Assembly (NCBI GenBank): GCA_003427395.1
Contig: BFEA01000001.1
Span: forward strand, 9,145,457 to 9,196,256
From: Chara braunii
Taxonomy: Eukaryota > Plantae > Charophyceae
DNA length: 50,800 nt
Direction: 5' to 3'
The position numbers were made by a program, and so were the translations under genes. The number at the start of each line of letters is the position of its first letter. The stretch's first letter is position 1. Positions 1 to 9,477 of the stretch are shown in pieces. The notes under the pieces were generated by a model. It was not told the origin of the DNA, did no database searches, and worked only from the letters and a program-made list of their open reading frames with translations.

Positions 1-1
1 C

Positions 2-49
2 ATTATAGGTTTGAATCCTGCTGAATCAAATACTAAGTAAAATACATTC
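2..49 (+). repeat. Dispersed repeat fragment, second copy at 42701-42749
   Basis: ATTATAGGTTTGAATCCWGCTGAATCAAATACTAAGTAAAA is near-identical at both positions. Confidence 0.8.
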
Positions 50-906
50 GGACTCAGACCTGAGATTTGGACAGAGACATAGTGGGGGACTATTTTTTGG
101 ATCTGTATCGACGACATTTTGAGTTGACGACATCTCTCCTCCTTTCCCCTCTTCGTCTCTCCTCCCTCCTCCTCGTCCGTGTATGTTACGACCTGGCGCC
201 TCTTCTCTGTGTGTAGCGCCGGGTCGCCACACACACTGTATGATGATGATGATGATGATGATGTTCAGTCTGTGTGGTGACATTGATTGGGTCTGATTAT
301 TGGTATTTCAGTCTTCTGCTGTGCTATCCTTATTGCATCTGTGAGAGGTCGGTTCTCGGGTCTGATCTGCACGACATTGGTATGCGACAGAAGCCCCGCT
401 CCACTCTGCCCACGCTCTAGCGCTGACGCCCCTCTCCTCCTCCGCCGCTCCTGCCCCCCTCACCAACCCTGCTTTAAAAAATAAAAAGAACGCCCTCCCT
501 CCACCCAAGCTCCCCCCTCCGCCCACCAGAACTGAAGAGAATCAAGGAAAAAGCCAAAAATCAAGGAAAAAGCCAACGAAAAAACAAAAAAAACAAAAAG
601 AAAACAAGCTTCCAAAAATCAAGCAGCATTACACCAACTGCATCAACAACAATGCACATGTGAGCCTCAACTCCCCATAGACCCCCCCCCCCCCCCCCCC
701 CACCCCCCCAAAAAAAGGAAGAACCCCCACGAATGTTGTCAAATTTTTGGCTTTTCCTCTTTTTGTTTGCGAAGCGAAGCGGAAACAGGTACCTTTGTCA
801 GTTTTAAATCCAGTCCAGGCATCCCTGGAATACAAGGCAAGGCGCGTATGCATTCAAGATTTTCCTCCGTTTGACACAACAATCGCCAATTTGAAATCGT
901 GACTGA

Positions 907-1304
907 GGGCCTCGCCACACCAATGTCGAAACACGAATTTTCCATAGTTTCTCATCGCCACACAGCCTATCGAAAAATGCAGCTTCGAAAATTCTCGATA
1001 GGTGTCAGACATGGGAGTTCGATACCCCTATCGAACGAAATGTGCTCGTCCGCCTGCAATCGCCTTATCTTCGATAGCCCACATTCCGGACCATCGAAAC
1101 CCCCCCCACACACGCGATAGACGACAGGACCCGCACAGACGGCAGACAGTCGAAAGCGGACCCGGAACGGAAAACATTCGATACCCCACCGATTTGACAG
1201 TGCTGTGTGGCGAAAGGGGGGGTTCCTATCGAAGTCCGGACTATCGGATTTTTCTGACACATCTCGAAAAAAAAACGCGATTCGATAGTGGTGTGGCGAG
1301 CCCC
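907..1304. mobile_element. Tourist/PIF-Harbinger-like MITE
   Basis: TIRs GGGCCTCGCCACACCA / TGGTGTGGCGAGCCCC; 3-bp TSD TGA at 904-906 and 1305-1307; internal TCGA-rich inverted motifs; partial second copy at 5846. Confidence 0.85.
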
Positions 1305-2122
1305 TGAGACTTTATTTCTCAAACTGAAACCGTGACAGCACCATAAATCCACCCCCCACCCCCCCAAAAAAACAGGTTGATGCCAACTTCAAGTTGTCGG
1401 AAAGAGCAATATGCATATCACTTGTGAAGGAGAAAAATGCTACGCGATCTCGGGGATAGCAAAGCGTGGAGAAATCTCAACTTTCTCAAGTGACAGGCAA
1501 ACTGAAAAAAACATGTTCGAGACATTTCTTGGTTTCTGGAGAGGACATGATGGAAGTCCAGAAAATGTCTGAAGCACATCATCAGCTTCCGCAGAAGTCG
1601 ATCGTCGGTAGGAGCCCCCTGCCTCGTTCCTCCTCCTCCGGTCTCATCATGACGATCTTCTTATTCGGGAAAACCCGTCCTGTTTCACGCGGGGTTTTCC
1701 AACCTCTTCCCCCATCATGATGCCCCTTAACACCACCTATTCTGCGATACTCCCCTGTGGACACCCTACCTTACTTACAGTATTGTTCCCGCGGACCCCC
1801 GATCATAACAGTTAACTCCCCGACACGTTATCACGACTGTGTTTACCCATGGTGGGATGGAGCATGCACACATCCATCATGATAAGGAGTTCTGTTGGGG
1901 GGGAAATGAGGTAGTAGCTGCTAAGCTACGTCGATAAATTGGCAGTACAACCCTTGTGCGGTTGCACCATCATGAAAGAAACACCTATCTAATCAGAACT
2001 CGTTACGAGCGCGCAAGCCAAAGCCAACTCAGCTTGAATACGGCGAGAAAAAAAGCGGGAACGTAAAGGGACTGCTTCGCTTCGCAGGCTATCTCACACA
2101 TCTCACTGATCCAAACGAAGCG

Positions 2123-2284
2123 TAATCAATGGTTTCCCTCGCTATGCACAGCTAAAGCTTTCTACCTGTAATCTATGGTTTCCCTCGCTATGCACAGCTG
2201 AAGCTTTCTACACAGCTAAAGCTTTCTACCTTTAATCAATGGTTTCCCTCACTAGGCAGTGTGCACAGCTAAAGCTTTCTACCT
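2123..2284. repeat. Three imperfect tandem copies of a 45-60 bp unit
   Basis: TAATCWATGGTTTCCCTCRCTA...CACAGCTAAAGCTTTCTACCT repeated three times, downstream of the lyase gene. Confidence 0.85.
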
Positions 2285-2775
2285 TCTATCACTGAGCAGG
2301 GCCGCTACTGAAAAACGGGAGGCGGGAGCGAAACAAAAACCCGCAGACAGTTNGCTCGCACTCTAGCGCGAGGCCACTCGCCCGGGAGGGAGAGGAAACG
2401 TACGCTCCAAAGCCAAAGCCACAGCCACCAGACCTATGTCCTGATCGCCGTGAAGGAAATTTACCACGGCCAGCCTTAACGACAAGGCAGGCCTTACAGC
2501 TGTCGCTCTTACAAACATTTGAAGTAGGAGGAAAAAAAAAAAAAAAAAAAAAAAGCGTTCGGCACCACACCNCAGCTCCTCTGAACTCCTTCCGCCCGTC
2601 AAAGAGAAAAGAGGGGCCGCTAAGTTACGCCGTAAGCTGACACGTGGCGCGTGAATCCATTCTCCGAAGCTGCCGACGATTTGACGGAGCAGGCGGCCCC
2701 CGTGCCGCGGGAAAACCCTTCCATCCGTAATCATAGCGCTTTCTAACCTCTCAGCCGCGGGGGGATGAGGACGAT

Positions 2776-4053
2776 CTACTGGAATCGGGGCTTGTAGACG
2801 AACGTGCCCGAGGGGATGGGCTCGAACTTGGGTTGCGCCTGCCCTCCAAGCTTCGCCATGGCCTTCTTGAACGCGTGATCCAAGTCGTTGATCAGATCGC
2901 CCACNCACTCTATTCCCACNCCCAGCCGAACCAGATCGTCCGGAAGGCCCCGGGACTCGCGGATGGCCTTGGGAACCGCAGCGTGCGACATGAAGCACGG
3001 CAGGCTGATCAGCGACCCCACGCTGCCGAAGCTCACCGTCTTCTGGAACACCTCGACGCCGTCCGCCACCAGCTTGGACAGCTCCACGTCTCCCGTGACG
3101 AAGCACAGCACCGATCCCGCGCCGGAGCACTGCTTGAAGTGCAGCTCCCGGTCGGGGAAGCCGGGCAGCCCCAGGTAGAGCACCTTCTTCACCAGCGGGT
3201 GCTTCGCCAGCCACTCCGCGATGACCTGCGCGTTCTCCTGAGCCTTCTCCACTCGCAAAGACAATGTCTGCATGCCCCTCAGGANCAGGAAGCTGTCGAN
3301 CGGGCTCAGNCACGCGCCCTCCGCGGACTGGAGGAAGTGGATGTCCTTGGCGAGCTGCTCGCCCCTGACCGCCAGGAAGCCGCCCATCACGTCGCTGTGC
3401 CCAGACATGAACTTCGTCAGCGACTCCATCACGATGTCCGCGCCGTGATCCAGCGGCCGCGAGAGCGCCGACGACATGATGCTGTTGTCCACCACGACCA
3501 GCGCGCCGCTCCGGTGCGCGATCTCGGCGATGGCGGCGATGTCCGTGATCTGCAAGAGAGGGTTCGTCGCGATCTCCAGGAACACGAGCTTCGTCTTCGG
3601 CGTCACGGCCCCGCGGATCTCGTCCAGATTGCTGGTGTTGGCGCGCTTCACCGTCACGCCCCACCGGGTGACGAGGCTGGTCAGCAGCCTGTCGGTCCCG
3701 CCGTAGATGTCGTCATCCGCCACGATCTCGTCGCCGACCTCCACCATCTGCATCACCGTCGTCAGNGCCGCCATTCCCGTCGAGAAGCAAAACGCGCGGT
3801 CCGCGTCGTGAAGCCGAGCAATGTGCTTCTCCAGCGTCGATCTCGTCGGGTTGTCGAACCGCGAATACAGAAACGAGCCAGCCTTCGTCACGGAGGGAAG
3901 CTTGAAAGTGGCCGTCAGGTAAATGGGGGCGTTTTTCGCACCGTACGGATCGTTCTCGTCCTGGAAATGGAGAGCGCGCGTAGCGAACGCCAACCCATGG
4001 TGGTCGTACTTGCAGCCCCGCACCTGCACGCCGTTAGCGTCTCCCAAACCCAT
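2776..4053 (-). CDS. CBL: Cystathionine beta-lyase-like PLP-dependent C-S lyase (Cys/Met metabolism family), 425 aa from the first ATG, intronless
   Basis: Colinear with plant CBL motifs: PIYLTATFK, YSRFDNPTR, DRAFCFSTGM, DDIYGG, VDNSIMS, SLTKFMSGHSDV (PLP Lys codon at 3412-3414), VSFGSVGSLISLPCFMSHA, LVRLxVGIE. Strong GC3 bias and no stops. The ORF-track start at 4086 is TTG; the first ATG is at 4053. Confidence 0.92.
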   Translation of the reverse strand: MGLGDANGVQVRGCKYDHHGLAFATRALHFQDENDPYGAKNAPIYLTATFKLPSVTKAGSFLYSRFDNPTRSTLEKHIARLHDADRAFCFSTGMAXLTTVMQMVEVGDEIVADDDIYGGTDRLLTSLVTRWGVTVKRANTSNLDEIRGAVTPKTKLVFLEIATNPLLQITDIAAIAEIAHRSGALVVVDNSIMSSALSRPLDHGADIVMESLTKFMSGHSDVMGGFLAVRGEQLAKDIHFLQSAEGAXLSPXDSFLXLRGMQTLSLRVEKAQENAQVIAEWLAKHPLVKKVLYLGLPGFPDRELHFKQCSGAGSVLCFVTGDVELSKLVADGVEVFQKTVSFGSVGSLISLPCFMSHAAVPKAIRESRGLPDDLVRLXVGIEXVGDLINDLDHAFKKAMAKLGGQAQPKFEPIPSGTFVYKPRFQ

Positions 4054-4531
4054 ACCTACCCGCTCTCTTNTTTTCTTGTCAATCAACCAAACAAAAAAAT
4101 ACTAATAAATAGCACACGACTCGCCAACCACCGGCAGCTCTCCGCTACGGGCGGAGCTGAAGCCGCGATCTACCCCAGCGTCCCTATCTCTTTTTTGCAG
4201 CTCGCGGTAGGCGTAGCGCGAACAGGGAGCAAGGAACGACGTCAGTGCAAGGGGAAGGGGATGGGGATGGTCACCGTGCACTGCGATTAGCTCGCCCTCC
4301 TATGCACGGAGCACGGTCCTATAAATCGACGTAGCTTCGTTACACCGACGGCATCATTCATACATGTAGTGGGTGGCCTGCAATGCTTACGATTCAGTTC
4401 AGTGACACGAAGCGCAACCTGTGGAGCAGCTCGGAGAGGGAGCGAGAGAAACAAGCAAGCGGAGAACATGGGAGGGGTTGCCGGGCACCCGGACTGCGCA
4501 ACGCTCTGCCTTCGGTCACGACCACTGCATT

Positions 4532-4540
4532 ACTTATAGG
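4532..4540 (-). promoter_or_regulatory. Candidate TATA-like box for the lyase gene
   Basis: Minus strand reads CCTATAAGT about 480 bp upstream of the ATG, followed by a CT-rich tract. Motif only. Confidence 0.3.
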
Positions 4541-4665
4541 GCTGGTCGAACGGAAGACCCGCGCGATAATCGCACCGGCCTGAAGGAAACTGTGGGTGGC
4601 ACCCTGACGGACGGCAGTACGAGAGGATGGTAAGAAGCGCATGCTGTTGGGCCGATTTTCAGCAT

Positions 4666-4857
4666 GGGACTCGCTGCACTACTCTGCAAATGTCCAAAAT
4701 GAGAAATAAAATGAATCTTCTTCCGCTAGAACATGGAAAGATGCACCTCCATGTTTTTTTTTACGTTTTTTTCTTTTCTTAACTAATCTATGCTCCTCTC
4801 TCAATCTTCTTTGACCTGTATAGGTTCGTGCACGAGGATAGTAGTGGAGCGAGCCCG
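4666..4857. mobile_element. Short MITE of the CTGCACTACTC-TIR family
   Basis: Left GGGACTCGCTGCACTACT, right AGTAGTGGAGCGAGCCC; internal GCTAGAACATGGAAAGATGCA is shared with 10407-10527. Confidence 0.6.
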
Positions 4858-5239
4858 CGAGCCACCAAGTCTTCTGATGACAATGGCGGGATAGAAGAGT
4901 CGGTGCACCCATAACGGTCTACCAGTATAGGGGTGAGCACCTACTTCCGGCCACCGGTAGCAGGCCGGGGGGCACTGCATGAGAGCAGCATCCTCACGTG
5001 AAGACACCTGGACGAACCAGCGGCCGGGGAGAACAGGCGAGAGAAGAAACAAAGTGCCTCGCTCTCTCCACCACGCAACGCTCTTCATGCATTTTTTTTG
5101 GATGCGTTTGGGANCCTCTNCGTTCATCATAATGTAATGTTGGACTCGTTCTGGATCAGAAAGCATGCAAATGCACGTTGACAGTTGTGTATGTAGTGGA
5201 GCGAGGCCCAAAGGAAAAGGGAAAGGAGGAGGAAGGGGG

Positions 5240-5640
5240 GGCGGGGGGGTCTCTGAGTCTCTGACTCGCCCGCGTGGCTCGGCTAACCCGGTTTTTGTCT
5301 TTATTTTCCCGTTTTGGAAAATCTCGTCGCCAATGCTACTCTGTAGCCGCCGTCACCCATCTAGCACGTGTGGCGAAATCGTACACCCCTGAACTGGTAG
5401 TAAGCACATCTGCGTTCGAATCCTCCTGTTGAACCAGATCAGGGAATGAAATGACACAACACTCTACGTGCAATGCCATTNGGATGGTTTCTNGACCCGA
5501 TGCATTCAAAATGTTGGACTTGTCCGAATGCACCTGGTCCGCAAACCCTCCAAATGCATGTAGAGTGTTGTTTTGTGGAGCGAGCCACTCAGAGTCATTT
5601 CATTTCATTAAAATTCAGAGTAGTGGAGCGAGGGCCTGAC
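5240..5640 (+). repeat. About 400-bp non-coding repeat, copy A (MITE-derived)
   Basis: Aligns with 9030-9440 (TCTCTGAGTCTCTGACTCG...CCCCTGAACTGGTAGTAAGCACATCTG...GAGGGCCTGACT). Confidence 0.8.
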
Positions 5641-5845
5641 TGAACTGCACGCCTCTTTCGTCCGGGACGGACGCTACTGGGCCCTTCAAAAAACTGCCAG
5701 TTGTCACTACCTCAGTGGAAACAAAAAACGTCGTTGCGTTCTTCCTTTTCATCATCTAATAATAGGCCCTGGGGTTGGTCGCACGGCTCGGCGTTCGTCC
5801 TGATGCGTTCTAATAGTAGGCCCTGGGTTAACTTCAGTAGAATTA

Positions 5846-5925
5846 GGGGCTCGCCACACCATATCGAATAGCGTTTTTTTTCGATAGGTGTCAGAAAAAT
5901 TCGATAGTCCTGCATTCTATAGAAA
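5846..5925 (-). mobile_element. Partial copy of the 907-1304 MITE, running into an assembly gap
   Basis: TTA then GGGGCTCGCCACACCA; reverse complement of the right end of 907-1304. Confidence 0.8.
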
Positions 5926-6390
5926 NNNNNNNNNNNNNNNNNNNNNNNNNNNNNNNNNNNNNNNNNNNNNNNNNNNNNNNNNNNNNNNNNNNNNNNNNNA
6001 TTTTTTTTTCCCTGTTTGCAAACGCCAGACTCGGCGTTTGTAAAGTAAGGCCCTGTTTGCACAGCCAAGTCTGGCCAGTAGGCGAGAAGTGGGGTCTTTT
6101 GAAATTGGGACGAATGGACAAGTGGCCTTTTGGGAGGTGATGAATCTGACCACTGGGTGTGGTGGGTACGCTGGAAATCTGGACCAGTGGGGGTTGGGCC
6201 CCTGCTGGCTGTTCGCCAAGTGGTTCTTACTGGTCCACCTTCAGACCGCACTGTGTTTGGATGCCGCGGACTTTCTTTGGTCTTGTCTCTGGACGGTCTT
6301 GGGCTCGACGTTCTCTGATCTATTCTCTTTCCTGACTCTTTGACTGATAGTACTTATTCTAGGAGCTCTAATCACTCAGTCCCTTTCCTA

Positions 6391-6452
6391 AGCGACGTCA
6401 GACCCCTGATGATTCCGGTTGGCGACCGGATGAAACGCAGCGTAGGGTCGCT
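6391..6452 (+). ncRNA. Type I hammerhead ribozyme
   Basis: Stem I GACCC(6401-6405)/GGGTC(6445-6449); core CTGATGA (6406-6412); stem II TCCGGT/ACCGGA; GAAAC (6432-6436); minimal stem III; GTA cleavage triplet (6442-6444). Confidence 0.85.
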
Positions 6453-6887
6453 GCGCCTGGCTTCATGATTATCTTTCGATGTACTCGGCGATTTTGCCTT
6501 GCAATATGTTTCGGCCGATCGGTCGCGTTTCGGGAAACTATGGGACTGCTTCCTTGTTCTTGTCTCCTCTGTCTTCTCCTTCCCCTTCATCTCTCCTTAC
6601 CCCTCTCCGTCTCCATCTGGTCTTGAGTCATTGGTCTTCTCTTGGTTGCCTAACTATTTGATTGCTTGTGTAATTGGACTTGTCTCCGATAAACCAGCAA
6701 CTCGCGTAGTAACCGCCATATCAATCAGATTATGGTAGTGTGGCTGCGTAAGATTTACAAGAGAGAGAGAGAGAGAGTGGCCTTTTTAAGTGTCTTTTGC
6801 TTCGTCTTTCTTTTCTTCTTTCTCTTTTTTTTTTTCCCCCTGCTATCTATCTCTTCTATCGCTGTTGTGTCTTTTGTCCTCCGGTCA

Positions 6888-8378
6888 ATGATGGCGGCTC
6901 CTCCGCGTGGAGCTTGTTTCAACTGTGGCCAGCACGGCCACTGGTCTCGGGAGTGTCCTAATCTGTATAGGGGCGGACATCGGTCTGCGGTGGCTACCGG
7001 GGCGAATGCTGAACCAATTCTGGCGCTTCCGGCTGCTGGCTCCCAGGCGGCGACAACGCAGGCTACGGCTCAGGCTCGACGTACGCTCCGACACCACGGG
7101 CTGGTTGGTGGACTCGGAATCGGCAGATTTTGGACAACTGTAATAACTTCGTTAGTAGAGCTCAGCAAAAGGAGAGGGAGGAGTTGGAGGCTAAGGCGAA
7201 AGAAAGAAAGAAGAGAGAGAAGGAGGAGGAGGCGGAGCAACGGAGAAAGGAACGTGAGGAGTCTGAGGCTCAAATGGGAGAAAGGCTTGAGAAGAAATTG
7301 GCGCCAATGTACGACGCAATCATGAGTAAGGGGAAAAGCGCAGACGTAGCAAGTACTAGTACGGCGAATGATGAGCTTAGTAGATTAAGGCGCGAGAACG
7401 AAGACTTGCGTACCAAGTATGGCATCCAGGAACAACTGCCGACAACGAGCCTGATGGATAGATTGCAAAGGAGGAATGTGGCTTTAAAGAAGCAAGAGGC
7501 GGAACTGCGGCAAAAAAATGGAGGGAGATTTGGTTGCCCTTTGATGGGAGATTCGTGATTTGAAGGAATGCAAGGAGATTGTAGGAAAAAGTTAGCTGGC
7601 TAAGCAGATAGAGGAATTGAGAACTGAGATGGAGACTTTGCGAAAACGCAACGAGGAAACGGAAGAAAAGGAGCAACTGTGGAGGAATGAGGCGCTGCGG
7701 CCGGGCAATAAACGTGGCAGCATTAATGTGTCTACGCCTAGGAGCGAATGGCGTGACATGACGAAGTCCTGGTTGGGCACGTCGGAGGAAACCAGACGAC
7801 TAAGGGCGGAGTTATCTGAAATATAGGAGCGGCGGCGTTGTGATCAAACGGAAGTCGATGCTCTTAAGGAGAAAAGGGCCGCTGCGGAAGTGAAGAGGAT
7901 GGAGGCTGAAACAAAGCTGGCACGTTTGCAGAAGAAGATGGGAGAACTGTCAACCGAAAAGGCGGGTTGCAGCACGCCCAGGGATTTGGGGACTAACCTC
8001 ATGGAGAAGATGGAGGAGGCAGCGAAGACAGGGTTCTGCTCTAGGAGGAGGGTTGTTAAGTTGACGGCCAGTCGCTTTCCGTGACCCGATGGCAGTACGA
8101 AGAAGCTTAACGATAAGTTCGTATTTCTGCAGGAGGAAAGAAAACGGTTAAGGGCCCTTAAGAAGTCTGGACTGGAGCCGCTTTGCAAGGAGGCGGGCAT
8201 CACATACAAGATGGTGGATATCCACGTTGAGGAACTGGCACAACTGAACGCGGACAAGGCTTTCGGCAGTGGTGAGACTTCTCAAGGGAAGGGTGACAAT
8301 CCAGGTCGAGGTAAGGCTGTCTTGGAGGAAGATGATGTGGTCAGCGTTGAGGAAGTCCCCCCGGATTCGGCTGCTTGA
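6888..8378 (+). pseudogene. PLE ORF1: gag-like CCHC zinc knuckle, long coiled coil and SAP/HeH-like C-terminal motif; disrupted
   Basis: CFNCGQHGHWSREC (6915-6956); E/K/R-rich helical ORF pieces at 7130-7558, 7617-7826 and 7890-8084; LKKSGLEPLCKEAGITY near 8160-8210; frameshifts and stops. Confidence 0.75.
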
Positions 8379-9025
8379 TGGGACTTTCGAAACGTGACGC
8401 TGTGGGGTTTCGCTAGACTCTGTCGCGATCTAAGGTCTTCTTTCGTCTCGTCTTTAAAGGAGAATGAATTGAATTCCACTTTCCAAACCGTCTTTCTGAT
8501 TCTGTTGTTGCGTGGACTGATACCGTGGGCAGAGACGTATCGATCCTACCTTTTGTCTATGATCGAGGATGGAGGTGATTTGTGTCGATGCAAAGGGCCG
8601 CTGGTTTATGTTCTGATTTCTTCGTGGCAGAAACATGTGTATGTCGGATCTACTAGCAGGACGCTGGATGTTCGCTGGAGCGAGCATGTGTACCGGGCAT
8701 GCAACAGTGGGGTTGTCGAACGAGGGGATAGGAATCACAAGCTTTATGAGTGGTTGAGGCGATGTGGGGTTGTCGAACGAGGGGATAGGAATCACAAGCT
8801 TTATGAGTGGTTGAGGCGATGTGGTCCGGGGAGCTATGTAGCACTTCCACTTTTTTGCTGTGAAATCGGTGATATGCTCAAATTGGAAAATTTTGTTATT
8901 CGCCGGACTAGTCCCTTTCTCAATTGTCGTGACAAACCGAGCCGACATAGAAGGTGTCGTCCTGGTAAGCGGGAACGTGCTAGGGGGTTGGCGCGGTGGA
9001 AGTTTGCTGGTATTGAAAAGACGGA
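8379..9025 (+). pseudogene. PLE ORF2 N-terminus with GIY-YIG endonuclease, truncated
   Basis: LVYVLISSWQKHVYVGSTSRTLDVRWSEH ... LENFVIRRTSPFLN carries the GIY-YIG, Arg, Glu and Asn motifs; in-frame 57-bp tandem duplication at 8707-8820. Confidence 0.85.
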
Positions 9026-9029
9026 GAGA

Positions 9030-9440
9030 GGGGGGGGGGGGTTGTCTCTGAGTCTCTGACTCGGCGCCCGTTTTGGAAAGTCTCGTCGCTAATGCTACTC
9101 TGCAGCCGCCCTCACCCATTTAGCACGTGTGGCTGAATGGTGCACCCCTGAACTGGTAGTAAGCACATCTGTGTTCGAATCTCTTTTCCCAAAAAAAAAA
9201 AAAAAGTGTTCGAATCTTCCTGTTGAACCAGTACAAATGAATGAAATGACATGATTCTGAGGGGCTCGCTCCACAACACAACACAACGCTCTACATGCAT
9301 TTGCCATTTTTGGAGGGTTTGTGGACCAGGTGCATTCGGGCGAGTCTAACAGGACCATGTGCATTCGGAAGAGTCCAACATTTTGAATGTATCCGGTCCA
9401 GAAACCGTCCGAATGCATGTAGAGTGTTGAGAGGGCCTGA
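9030..9440 (+). repeat. Non-coding repeat, copy B (internal segment inverted relative to copy A)
   Basis: Flanks are colinear with 5240-5640; 9251-9429 matches the reverse complement of 5456-5593. Confidence 0.8.
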
Positions 9441-9477
9441 CTCAACTTCCCGGGACTGGTCCGTTTGTTTGAGGGCT

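Larger units (their letters stand above)
6062..9025 (+). mobile_element. Penelope-like retroelement (Naiad/Chlamys-type, N-terminal GIY-YIG), 3'-truncated before RT
   Basis: Order is hammerhead ribozyme, CT-rich leader, CCHC/coiled-coil ORF1, then GIY-YIG ORF. Boundaries approximate. Confidence 0.75.

Noticed and set aside
2533-2554. A-tract as the poly(A) tail of a lyase retrogene
   Set aside because: It reads poly(T) on the gene's sense strand, so it does not support retroposition.
2363-3664. 433-aa alternative-frame ORF on the minus strand
   Set aside because: R/G/A-rich off-frame artefact of GC-rich coding DNA.
2833-4290. 485-aa plus-strand ORF antisense to the lyase
   Set aside because: Codon-aligned shadow of a high-GC3 gene; no ATG start and no domain.
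4318-4326. CTATAAAT TATA box on the plus strand
   Set aside because: Points away from the lyase, and no credible downstream gene is visible.
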